A stretch of 64,000 nt of DNA. Origin: a virus. The notes beneath the pieces were generated by a model. That model did not search any database. It was given only the letters and a program-made list of their open reading frames with translations, and was not told the origin of the DNA. Both the position numbers and the translations under genes were made by a program. How positions within the stretch are numbered: position 1 is the first letter of the stretch; every line of letters starts with the position of its first letter. Below are positions 9,524 through 17,994 of the stretch, piece by piece. The stretch lies in IMG/VR virus record IMGVR_UViG_3300027365_000009, positions 64,001-128,000 of that record, one strand, 5' to 3'.

Positions 9524-9988
9524 ATGTCGCAGGTAGCTTTCACCTATAACGACGTCACCTCACGCGATGGGGTGGCACACATCAATATCGGCAGTCTGGC
9601 GAAGACCGCCCTGGGGCGGCACCTGGGGTACTACCACGCCAGTCCCAAGTCCACCATCGATGGACAATCGTTCTCTCTGTACGCGGGGTTCTATTACTAC
9701 CTGATCACAGAAGGGGACAATCGGCGTTTTCTCACGGCCACCACACGACAGGAGCTGGGGGCGAAACGGAAATACCGGTGGGAGAACGTGCCAGGTATTG
9801 AGACACACCTCGAAAGTGTGCTGAGCTACAACCTACGGCAGTCGCCCATGGCGATACCGTTAATCATCCGACATCCCTTACCCCTAGTGTGGGAGGAGCC
9901 CGACCGCGCCCTGACGAACGCTGAGAAGCGGTGGTTACGGGTGGTACAACGCACGGTGGACCGTTTGCGGTTTGAACACACCCAGTGA
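9524..9988 (+). CDS. phiKZ gp172-like protein (possibly NADAR-related)
   Basis: DGVAHINIGSLAKTALGRHL...FSLYAGFYYYL resembles the DGxxHINxYSxGxTxLGR phage family. Confidence 0.55.
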   Translation: MSQVAFTYNDVTSRDGVAHINIGSLAKTALGRHLGYYHASPKSTIDGQSFSLYAGFYYYLITEGDNRRFLTATTRQELGAKRKYRWENVPGIETHLESVLSYNLRQSPMAIPLIIRHPLPLVWEEPDRALTNAEKRWLRVVQRTVDRLRFEHTQ

Positions 9989-9994
9989 CGGCAG

Positions 9995-10039
9995 ACGACC
10001 CTCCCTACGGGGAGGGCGTTTATCTCGTCTTTTTTTTTT
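9995..10039 (+). terminator. Intrinsic terminator-like hairpin + T tract
   Basis: CCCTCCC-tacg-GGGAGGG followed by T11. Confidence 0.6.
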
Positions 10040-10078
10040 GTCCCCGATCTTATAGTTCACCCATCAAAGGATTCTCTC

Positions 10079-11059
10079 ATGTCACGTATTGCCAATCCTG
10101 TTTTTAACGGCTCTCCCTTAGATGACCTTCAAGCTGTTGATGTCTACAATGAAGTTGCTGATAGTGTCCGTAATAGCTTCACCACACAGTTTTCTGCCTT
10201 TGGTCAATCCCTCCAAGATAGCCTCGGACAACTGACCGGCGGTCTTGGAAACCTCCGTGGTGACTTAAAAGGGGGACTCGCCGATACCCGAGAAGCCACC
10301 CAGCGTATCCGCGATGCGCTACGAGGTGCTAAGGGCGATCTAGATAAGTTACGCGATAATTTGAAAACTAATATCATCGCATCCACCGGCATCGACGTTG
10401 AGGGCCTAAAAGAACTCAAGGTGACGGTTGAGGGGGAAATTAAACGCTTTAAAACAGCAGACCTGGGAAGTGCTAAAGGCGTCATGTCCCTTGCTCGTGA
10501 CCTCACCGGCAGTGACCTATTTGACGTCGTGGATTTTGGTGCTGAAGTGGGACTTTTCCGTGGGGTGCTGGAAGAAATCTCGGCGTGGGGAGTACCAGAG
10601 CTCATTGATGAGGTCTTAGGTAATATTGATGACCCTGCCATGCGCCGCCGGGTAGTCCAGGAAAGTACCGGTGTCCTGAGCACCAATGGGGATATTGATA
10701 GCATTGAAGCTATCCTCAATCAGGTAGGTGCGGCTCCCTTAACGGCGGGTCGCCCTGACTTCCCCAAGCAGGTCTTACAACGTTATAAGTTCAAGAAGGG
10801 GACCACACCAGCGGATTACCCCGCACGGTTAACCCAACTGACGGGGGTCATGAATCGCCTTCAGTTTGATTGGCTCTGGACGCAACGAGGTGGGGAGGCA
10901 GTATGGAACTTGAGTTTGATCCAACATGCCAGTGACGACGCCCGTACGTTGTTTCTGTCCACTGAAGAGTACCGCACACCAATGTTAATCGCGGGACACT
11001 ATACGTCAGTGCCCGTGACTACATTAATGCGTGAGACCTATCCAGGTATTGCAGTGTGA
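10079..11059 (+). CDS. Virion structural protein (phiKZ gp174-like)
   Basis: 326-aa ORF, N-term F.G..DDL.AVDVY motif; synteny next to the head protease. Confidence 0.65.
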   Translation: MSRIANPVFNGSPLDDLQAVDVYNEVADSVRNSFTTQFSAFGQSLQDSLGQLTGGLGNLRGDLKGGLADTREATQRIRDALRGAKGDLDKLRDNLKTNIIASTGIDVEGLKELKVTVEGEIKRFKTADLGSAKGVMSLARDLTGSDLFDVVDFGAEVGLFRGVLEEISAWGVPELIDEVLGNIDDPAMRRRVVQESTGVLSTNGDIDSIEAILNQVGAAPLTAGRPDFPKQVLQRYKFKKGTTPADYPARLTQLTGVMNRLQFDWLWTQRGGEAVWNLSLIQHASDDARTLFLSTEEYRTPMLIAGHYTSVPVTTLMRETYPGIAV

Positions 11060-11060
11060 C

Positions 11061-11092
11061 AAAAAAAAAAGCCTCCCCGAAGGGAGGCGTTT
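11061..11092. terminator. Bidirectional terminator between convergent genes
   Basis: A-tract, then GCCTCCC-cgaa-GGGAGGC. Confidence 0.65.
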
Positions 11093-11098
11093 CTGCCA

Positions 11099-11863
11099 TC
11101 ACCATCCCAAGTACGCCGGGGTCGACGCTTTTTCGGTGGTCTTCTCCCACCCTAAATCACGGGCCAGAGTTTCATAATCCACTTGAGCCGATTCCATCCC
11201 TGATGCCATCTGAGCCTTTTGTTCTTCGGCCAGGCCCCACAGCATGGTTGGGGTGAGTTCGACCTCTGAGAAGGACTCTAACGCCGGAGAGTAATACTTA
11301 TTGGCGTTATAGATACCGCCTTCGTTGACAAAGTCCCAGGTCACGATATCGCGGGTGTACTTTACGCCGCGCATCATGTCATCCACGGTGAGACTGCGCA
11401 CTGAGAAGTAGACGTTCTCGTGAGGATTATCTAACGCGTCCTTCAGGACTTGGCCATAAGGACCCGAGGGACGTACCTCACCGATGACCACAGTGACAGG
11501 ACGCCCTTTATCGTCCTTCTGGCCCGGTTCAAGACGCAGGTTACGGATATGGAACGCCACCCGATCGGAATCGATCTGGCGAATCCGTCCAATAAAGGCT
11601 TGGTCAGATTGCCCTGCCTGTTTCTCCGGGTGTTTGTACTCACCGCGCAGTACCCCCTTCTCCAACATCCGTATCAGGGGTGAGCCCTGTTGGAAGAACG
11701 GTACTGCCGATTGCAGGTCATAGAACATCCCGGCGCTGTTATACGCCCCATAGGCGCCTAACACGACAGTGTAATACCCATCCTCATCAGGGGTCAGTAC
11801 CCCTTTCTTTTGGGTGCCCATGAGCATGGTACAGCCCATACTCACACTACGTTTCGGTTGCAT
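11099..11863 (-). CDS. Prohead (head maturation) serine protease, phiKZ gp175-like
   Basis: LRGEYKHP (catalytic His), FSVRSLT (catalytic Ser), IVTWDFVNEGG; C-terminal ALE/GME autocleavage-type sites. Confidence 0.85.
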   Translation of the reverse strand: MQPKRSVSMGCTMLMGTQKKGVLTPDEDGYYTVVLGAYGAYNSAGMFYDLQSAVPFFQQGSPLIRMLEKGVLRGEYKHPEKQAGQSDQAFIGRIRQIDSDRVAFHIRNLRLEPGQKDDKGRPVTVVIGEVRPSGPYGQVLKDALDNPHENVYFSVRSLTVDDMMRGVKYTRDIVTWDFVNEGGIYNANKYYSPALESFSEVELTPTMLWGLAEEQKAQMASGMESAQVDYETLARDLGWEKTTEKASTPAYLGW

Positions 11864-11872
11864 GTTTCTCTC

Positions 11873-12589
11873 CTACGTCCTCAATAACTGTTCGATCCGC
11901 TCCACTCGCTCACTGGGATTCACCAACGCTGAAGTCACACCATCGCTAAAGTACGCACCAATTAATTTACTGGTAGTATCGCTCGTATTATAGATCACGC
12001 TTCGGAAGGGCACGACCTTAGGGGCAAGTCGGTATACGTCCTCAACCTTCTTAATGGCGTGACGGTACAACCGTGTGATCTCTTTAGGGTCGCGGGCAAT
12101 GGTAGAGATGATCAACTCCAACACCGCCGGGTTCCCCAAGTTCATCCCTGCGTGTTCTTTTGCCGTTTCAAACAACTTGGCCATATCAAAGTAGTTCATG
12201 AACCACGGGATACGGCCCTTGGCTACAAACTCATCGTAGATATAGTAAGTTAAGGTGTTGTTCTGGACGAGGTCGGTGGAGTCAAACACCCGATCCCCTG
12301 CCTGGAAGTGGAACTCCAGGTAGTTCTCTTCTTCGATCTCTACGGTCTCGGTGCTGGCCGGGTTGATGCGCATCATCGCGTTGGTCAGGGATACCGCGTA
12401 ATCCTGATCCACGATAATGGCAAAGATGCCGAGGATATACACCTCGGCACCAATGCTGGCCAACTGACGATTCAGGTACCGCTCGGGTACCTGAATCTTA
12501 CACGGTTTCGTCGTGACAATCCCGCCGTCCGACGTCTCCTTCAGGACCGCATTGACCGCCTCAGCATTACGCCGGTACGGTGTCGTCAT
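11873..12589 (-). CDS. Conserved jumbo-phage protein (phiKZ gp176-like)
   Basis: Likely start MTTPYRRNA at 12589 (GAGGAG); TTSKLIGAYFSDGVTSALVNPSERVERIEQLLR C-terminus; synteny. Confidence 0.7.
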   Translation of the reverse strand: MTTPYRRNAEAVNAVLKETSDGGIVTTKPCKIQVPERYLNRQLASIGAEVYILGIFAIIVDQDYAVSLTNAMMRINPASTETVEIEEENYLEFHFQAGDRVFDSTDLVQNNTLTYYIYDEFVAKGRIPWFMNYFDMAKLFETAKEHAGMNLGNPAVLELIISTIARDPKEITRLYRHAIKKVEDVYRLAPKVVPFRSVIYNTSDTTSKLIGAYFSDGVTSALVNPSERVERIEQLLRT

Positions 12590-14210
12590 GCGTCTCGCTC
12601 TCCTCAGCCTTTTCCTCATCGTCAGTGGTGACGTCCGCTTCTTCTTCGCTCACGTCCTCACCACGCTCGGGCTCTTGCGCCGGGTTCTCCGCTTCGTGTT
12701 CAGTGACGACTTCACTGTCAGCCACTTCACGAATATCCGGGGTAAACGGCTCACTGCGAATCTGCTTAGCCAGCCACTGGGCGGTCATCTCGACGGTGGC
12801 GAGAGTTGCCAGCTCACGTGCCGGGATGTCCCCATGAACCTTTGCCATCCGATCCATGGCGGTAAGGAACTCTTCATAAGGCGTATTGGGGTAATACACA
12901 CGACACACCAGACGTACGATAGTCCGCCACGGGTCATCAAAGTGCTCCTCCCGCAGGGCCTTGAGTTCTTTACTTGCCCGCTCGACCAGTTCGTTATACC
13001 CAATCGAAGGCAGGGCTCCAGACAACTCATCGTTCTGATCGTTCAGGTTGGGAGCATCCACCAGCAACATGCGCAGGTTGTCCCGACGCTTCTTCAGGAA
13101 ACGGTCCATCGCTGTCTGACGGATCAGGTGATGACGGCGCTTCCAACGACGCACCAGTTCTTCACGGGCCTCTTCGAGGTCCTTGGCGTGCATGCGGGTC
13201 GGCGCTTCAACAGCCGCCCCCAGCAGTACTTCGATATCCCCACCCTGTTCGAGCCAGTCGGTGTAGATATCGCCGTTAACATGCACGGTAATCATGTCAT
13301 TGCCGTACCGGGCATCACGCTCGACGTCGTAGCGGAACACCACCCGCTCACGTTCCCGTGCCTTGGCGCGAAACTCGTACGCCTGACACAGCAGGGCACC
13401 CATCAGGCTGTGCAGCTGACTCATGCCATGGTGCCATTCGTCGATGGACACCGACTCACCCGCCACGTCCTGCGGCTCTTTACAGAGGTACGCGGTCAGC
13501 AGATAGGCGATCAAGATTTGGTCCAGACAAAACGGCAGGTTACCCCGTGACGCAAACGAAATATCGCTCAGGGTGATTTCCCGACGATGACCAAACAGCA
13601 GATCCCAAACGGCACCGATTTCAAACTCATGGTCCTCTCGCGCCAGCAACCATTCGGTGGTGGTCTTGGCATCAACATGTTTGTTGTCGGCAATCCATTC
13701 CACCAGGGTCTCAACGGAAGGACGATCGATAATGAATGACCGATAACTTTCCTTGGGGCGCTGGTTACAATAGCCTTCCAGGATATGTGTGGTCAGCGTC
13801 GGATCATTGTGGATCTCATGGAAGACAAACGGTTTAACTTCCAGCTTGGGGACGCGCTGGTGGTCGCCAATGGTGTCGTAGTCTTCCTTCATGCGTTTAC
13901 AGACCGGCACCACCACACCACGCACCTGAGTCAGCATGCGCTTCAGGCCCTGGGCCATCAGGTCAGTGAGTTGGTCGAACTCTTCCTCGTTGCCTTCTGA
14001 GGTGGTCTGGTTGGCCTTTTCGATCAAGGTGTTGATCTTCTGGCCCCGCTCACGTGTGAACGGGCAGTAATCGGCATCCACCGCGGTGCGAATCTGAGAA
14101 GCCATCACCCCCACCGGGTAATGGTCAGATTTCGGAGTCAGGACCAGGCGGTTGTCGGTCAGTGCTGCCGCTACTGAGCTGACCACCGGGATCGTGGGTC
14201 GCTTTAACAT
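12567..14210 (-). CDS. Conserved jumbo-phage/virion protein (phiKZ gp177-like)
   Basis: 547-aa ORF, AGGAG RBS, acidic tail, synteny. Confidence 0.65.
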   Translation of the reverse strand: MLKRPTIPVVSSVAAALTDNRLVLTPKSDHYPVGVMASQIRTAVDADYCPFTRERGQKINTLIEKANQTTSEGNEEEFDQLTDLMAQGLKRMLTQVRGVVVPVCKRMKEDYDTIGDHQRVPKLEVKPFVFHEIHNDPTLTTHILEGYCNQRPKESYRSFIIDRPSVETLVEWIADNKHVDAKTTTEWLLAREDHEFEIGAVWDLLFGHRREITLSDISFASRGNLPFCLDQILIAYLLTAYLCKEPQDVAGESVSIDEWHHGMSQLHSLMGALLCQAYEFRAKARERERVVFRYDVERDARYGNDMITVHVNGDIYTDWLEQGGDIEVLLGAAVEAPTRMHAKDLEEAREELVRRWKRRHHLIRQTAMDRFLKKRRDNLRMLLVDAPNLNDQNDELSGALPSIGYNELVERASKELKALREEHFDDPWRTIVRLVCRVYYPNTPYEEFLTAMDRMAKVHGDIPARELATLATVEMTAQWLAKQIRSEPFTPDIREVADSEVVTEHEAENPAQEPERGEDVSEEEADVTTDDEEKAEESETHDDTVPA

Positions 14211-14222
14211 GGTATTCTCTCC

Positions 14223-14423
14223 TTAGGCGCCCAGGATCTTACCCAGACGGCTGGCCAGAAGTTCTTGGATATCACGGGTTTCTTGGGTCTCTCCATTGAT
14301 CTGGGTGGAAGTTTCCTCCCCACCCAGAACTTTCTGAAGAGCTCCCTCACCCAGGGCAACCGCGCCAGCCAGCACGGTTACGTTTTCTGCGTATGCCTTA
14401 TTCGGGCTTTGGGGCTTGGCCAT
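14223..14423 (-). CDS. Small hypothetical protein
   Basis: 66-aa ORF with GAGGAG RBS, overlapping the end of RNAP exon 3. Confidence 0.6.
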   Translation of the reverse strand: MAKPQSPNKAYAENVTVLAGAVALGEGALQKVLGGEETSTQINGETQETRDIQELLASRLGKILGA

Positions 14424-14634
14424 CTTTCTCTCCTCGATAAACCGCCGCTACATGTTGGGATAGGCTCCGGAGAAGCCGGTTGGTGGTCCCCATCAGTTTG
14501 GGTGACAATACCATCCGGTCTTCGATACTGGTGTTACCGAATATGGCGTCCAGGGGCTGACCTGATTCAGTACGGTTCTCACCTGACATGACACGAGACA
14601 CCACAGTCTTCATCTGGTTGGCAAAGACGAATTT
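14398..14634 (-). CDS. rpoB: Virion RNA polymerase beta-like subunit (gp178-like), exon 3
   Basis: Begins AAA TTC GTC TTT GCC AAC CAG ATG AAG (KFVFANQMK) right after the intron omega-G at 14635; restores the GDK motif. Confidence 0.88.
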   Translation of the reverse strand, partial: KFVFANQMKTVVSRVMSGENRTESGQPLDAIFGNTSIEDRMVLSPKLMGTTNRLLRSLSQHVAAVYRGEKDGQAPKPE

Positions 14635-15012
14635 CTACTGCTTTCATATGGCATCGTTACTACCATACCGTCCCGTCGTTGTATATCCAACGATGGACTG
14701 CTCCAGGCTTTCCCTGGACGTAAAGACTATATCTTCTCCTTCAGCATGACCTGGTCAGGAGGCTCCCATTTCGAGGTCACTTGACCCCTACACCGTGGTA
14801 AACGGTTAGTCGTTGAACGTTCCCCGTGGGGTCCTTTAGGACCCGGTAGGGGCTTCGCTGCTGATTGCCCAATCCTTCTACTTGTCAAGCCGTCAACACC
14901 TGCTTTCGCGGTGCTTGTGGCAAGAAGGCTCTAAGGGGTTCCCAGCAATTAGAGAGCATTCACTTAACCCTTTCGGATTAAGCGGACTGTGTTACTGCAC
15001 TCGGCAGTCACA
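14635..15012 (-). ncRNA. Group I intron (IA-type, ORF-less, 378 nt) in the beta-like gene at GD|K
   Basis: P AAUUGCUGGGAA, Q AAUCAGCAG, R UCAACGACUA, S GAAGAUAUAGUC; P1 GAU|UGUG..CACAGUC with U.G at the splice site; P7.1/P7.2; terminal G. Confidence 0.92.
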
Positions 15013-15933
15013 ATCACCAACCCCCGCAGGGATGTCGTGGTCAATGTACACCTGAATGGCCAGGGTATCCGGATCAAGCGCATTACCTTCCACACGGAAA
15101 CTGGTATCGACTTCCCCGGTAAAGGGAGGTTGACCCAATTGTTTCGCACGCTTCTTGCGTTGCTTGTCCGACCATCCCGCCAGTTCTTGGAGGGATTCTG
15201 AGAGGTCCTCAAATTCCCCGTGGTAGAAACACTCCACACGACTGACCGTACCGACCACCTTCGCTCGGGGTGTCATCGCTGACAGACGCCGTAACGTATC
15301 GAGTGCGGCGTCGTCAAATAACGGATTCTCGGCAGTCTCCGGATCTTCAATCGTACATAAGATTGTCTCGAGGTCAACGTGATCACCCTCTTTAACGAGA
15401 CCTGAGACACTTTGGTCGAACTTCACCTGAATAGTTCGTACCTCCGTGGTCTGGGTGGTCATCTTTTTGGCCATGGCCTCAGAGATCACCGAGCCATCTT
15501 CCAGCGTGTCAATGTTGTCGATCAATGCAGTACGACAAAGGGCTCCCGGCTTTAACGTCACCTGACCAGGATTGAACACATCGGGGGTGAAGTACTTTCG
15601 GTTATAGGCAATGACATCGCCTTGGTTAACCTTATCCCCTTTCTTGAAGTCAGTGACGACCTCGTGCGGGTAAGTTACCCCGGCCGCTTTACCGTAGCGC
15701 TTCCCCAACTCGACCTTCTTGACACTTCCATCTGTATACGTCACGGTAATGGCGGTCTTGGTAACATCAGTGACCTTACCATCGGCCTCCGCCGTGGCCG
15801 CAAACAGATCCGTCATTCGGTGCGGAATGACCTGTTCATAGCCTGTCCGGAGTGGAATCGGCTCATACCCATCAGCATACACACTCTGTTGATTCTGGAT
15901 AGCGACAAAATTTATTCTTTTTGCATCGTCATG
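15013..15933 (-). CDS. rpoB: Virion RNA polymerase beta-like subunit, exon 2
   Basis: HDDAKRINFVAIQ (cf. bacterial beta HDDANRALM), LEDGSVISE, ends AGVGD; 921 nt in frame. Confidence 0.9.
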
Positions 15934-17994
15934 CAACTATGTTCAGTTACACCGCTACGTGTAACCCGCGATCCGATTGCTGTGAGGCAACCGAACGCTG
16001 CTCTAGGTCTCCCTAGAAGTTCAGACCATATCTTCTTCCCTTTTAAGGAAGCCTCCCATTTCGGAATCGCTTGATTCCTACTCCCCTGCCGGGGATGGTC
16101 GTTGAACGTTCCCCGTAGGCGCTCTAGGAGCGCCCGTAGGGGCTTCGCTGCTAAAGGGGGTCTTAGACCCCACGGTTGTCCATTGCTGCTCTTGGAGAGC
16201 TTTATCCGTCCCGTTGTTAGACCGTCGACGTCTGCTTTCGCGACGCCTGTGGTGGGACAGCTTTAGGAGTTCCCAGCAATTAGAGAGGTTATCATTCTGA
16301 AATTTCTTTCAGAAGGGACCATGTCGAGTTCATTCCCAATCTTCTTTTGAAGACAGTTTACGAACCTGCGTACCTTTACTATGCACTTCCTTACAGCTCT
16401 GACGCAACCAACTGAACATGGTAGATTTACCCACCCCTATCGCCGTGGCTGCTTCAGTTATACTTCCATAACAGGACACCACTCCTGTAGTAACATCTCT
16501 AACTTCGACGGGTTCTTTATTATTAGGCGCTTCGAGAATTTCTTCTTCGGAAACGTCGCGCCATGGAGACGCATCACTCTTTTTCTTTATTAAAAACCGA
16601 CAATCCCATAACGGCTGTCCGGCAGCTGCAATACGTCGAGTCATTTGTGGTTTAGAAATACCAAGGGCGTGTGCGGCGTCTTTCTGCCTCTCGTATTCCT
16701 TTACTTCGCCACTTACAACGTCTTTAACAAGAACCTTATTGCTGCGACCATAGAGTTGAAGTTCTCGTTCGGGATCGTCTACTTTTCTCCACGGCGTTGG
16801 GTCGTTCTTAAATTTCATTAAAACACCAGGTGGTATGAGGGGCTGATTTTTTCTCTTTAGCCAATAAACCACCGTATTACCCGATACGCCAAATGCTTCA
16901 CCACACTTGTGCATACTCTCATAGGTGGTTATTTCGCCTGTATACACATTCTTAACATCGACCCGACGTTCCCACTTTTCAAAAAGAGGTTCTGTGGCTA
17001 AATCCACATCACGCCACGGGGTTAAATCCGATTTGAATTTAACTTGTATATTACCGACGAAGACGGGCTGGTTAGGGCGTTTAAGATAATCATTAATGAC
17101 CCAAATATCCACCCCTAACTCTTTAGCGCATTGAAGTTTTGAATTATATTCCCTTACGATATTTTCATCCAAATACCGCACCAGAACAGGTTGGGGGGCA
17201 TTAGTAGTATTCTCTCTAATTTTACCTCTATCGCGCGTTGTATTCCACGCATGGATATGATTTTCACTCACTGTTGTCCATTCGAGGTTATCCAACCCGT
17301 CGTTGCCTGGAATACCATCAATATGGTTAACGTGTAATTGTTTATAGTTATTGGGGTAATTCGAATACGCCAACATCATTGCGCGATGCCGACCTAGGTT
17401 TGTCCTTCGATTGTCACTATCGCGTTTTATTTGATAGATAACGTAACCACTATCCATGACTGAATAGGGTGCAACTTCCCCACTCAGTACATGTATCACC
17501 ACACCTTCCCGATTTATTGCATATTGGGTATAATCGGGAATATAAGCGTAGCCTGGCCGAAGGAATGGCTCAAGTCCATTCGGTATTTTAAAATGTAAAT
17601 TATTAGGGTGGTGATTGGTGAGATCACCATCGTCGAAGCCCACCTCAATGAGATGCCAGAATTCTACTGGTATCCATATTGAGTTAAAAGTGAATGCGAT
17701 AAGTCTCGCCACTTTATGGGGTTTGATGTTACCTAGCCAACTGACTTTAGTCCAACGCAAGCCATCTCGGTCAGGGTATGTGTTAATAACCCGTTCCTTC
17801 TTACCTGTGACTTCGCCAAGTCGACTAACAAACAATGTTGCGGTGCTGTAAGGTACTGGCAGTAAGGCATTATCGTCGTAAAACATAGGGCATCCGTTGG
17901 TTGACTGAGATATGCTCATAAAGTTACTTAGGTGAGTGAAAACACACCGAAACTAAATTTCATACTCGTCCAACGGATGGTAACTCAAACGTTA
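15934..17994 (-). mobile_element. Mobile group I intron (2061 nt) with homing endonuclease ORF in the L1 loop
   Basis: Starts UAA after exon ...GCGGAU; IGS UCGACAUGGUCC after the ORF pairs with the exon 1 end (P1, U.G) and exon 2 CAUGACGA (P10); P/Q/R/S core at ~16020-16290 with P7 GACCA/UGGUC; omega-G at 15934. Confidence 0.92.
16330..17919 (-). CDS. Intron-encoded HNH homing endonuclease with C-terminal NUMOD1/IENR1-like repeats
   Basis: HRAMMLAY...HVNHIDGIPGNDGLDNLEWTTVSENHIHA; four VxVxxxxxGxxxxYxSxxxxAxxxG repeats; AT-rich relative to flanks; alternative start at 17886. Confidence 0.88.
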   Translation of the reverse strand: MSISQSTNGCPMFYDDNALLPVPYSTATLFVSRLGEVTGKKERVINTYPDRDGLRWTKVSWLGNIKPHKVARLIAFTFNSIWIPVEFWHLIEVGFDDGDLTNHHPNNLHFKIPNGLEPFLRPGYAYIPDYTQYAINREGVVIHVLSGEVAPYSVMDSGYVIYQIKRDSDNRRTNLGRHRAMMLAYSNYPNNYKQLHVNHIDGIPGNDGLDNLEWTTVSENHIHAWNTTRDRGKIRENTTNAPQPVLVRYLDENIVREYNSKLQCAKELGVDIWVINDYLKRPNQPVFVGNIQVKFKSDLTPWRDVDLATEPLFEKWERRVDVKNVYTGEITTYESMHKCGEAFGVSGNTVVYWLKRKNQPLIPPGVLMKFKNDPTPWRKVDDPERELQLYGRSNKVLVKDVVSGEVKEYERQKDAAHALGISKPQMTRRIAAAGQPLWDCRFLIKKKSDASPWRDVSEEEILEAPNNKEPVEVRDVTTGVVSCYGSITEAATAIGVGKSTMFSWLRQSCKEVHSKGTQVRKLSSKEDWE

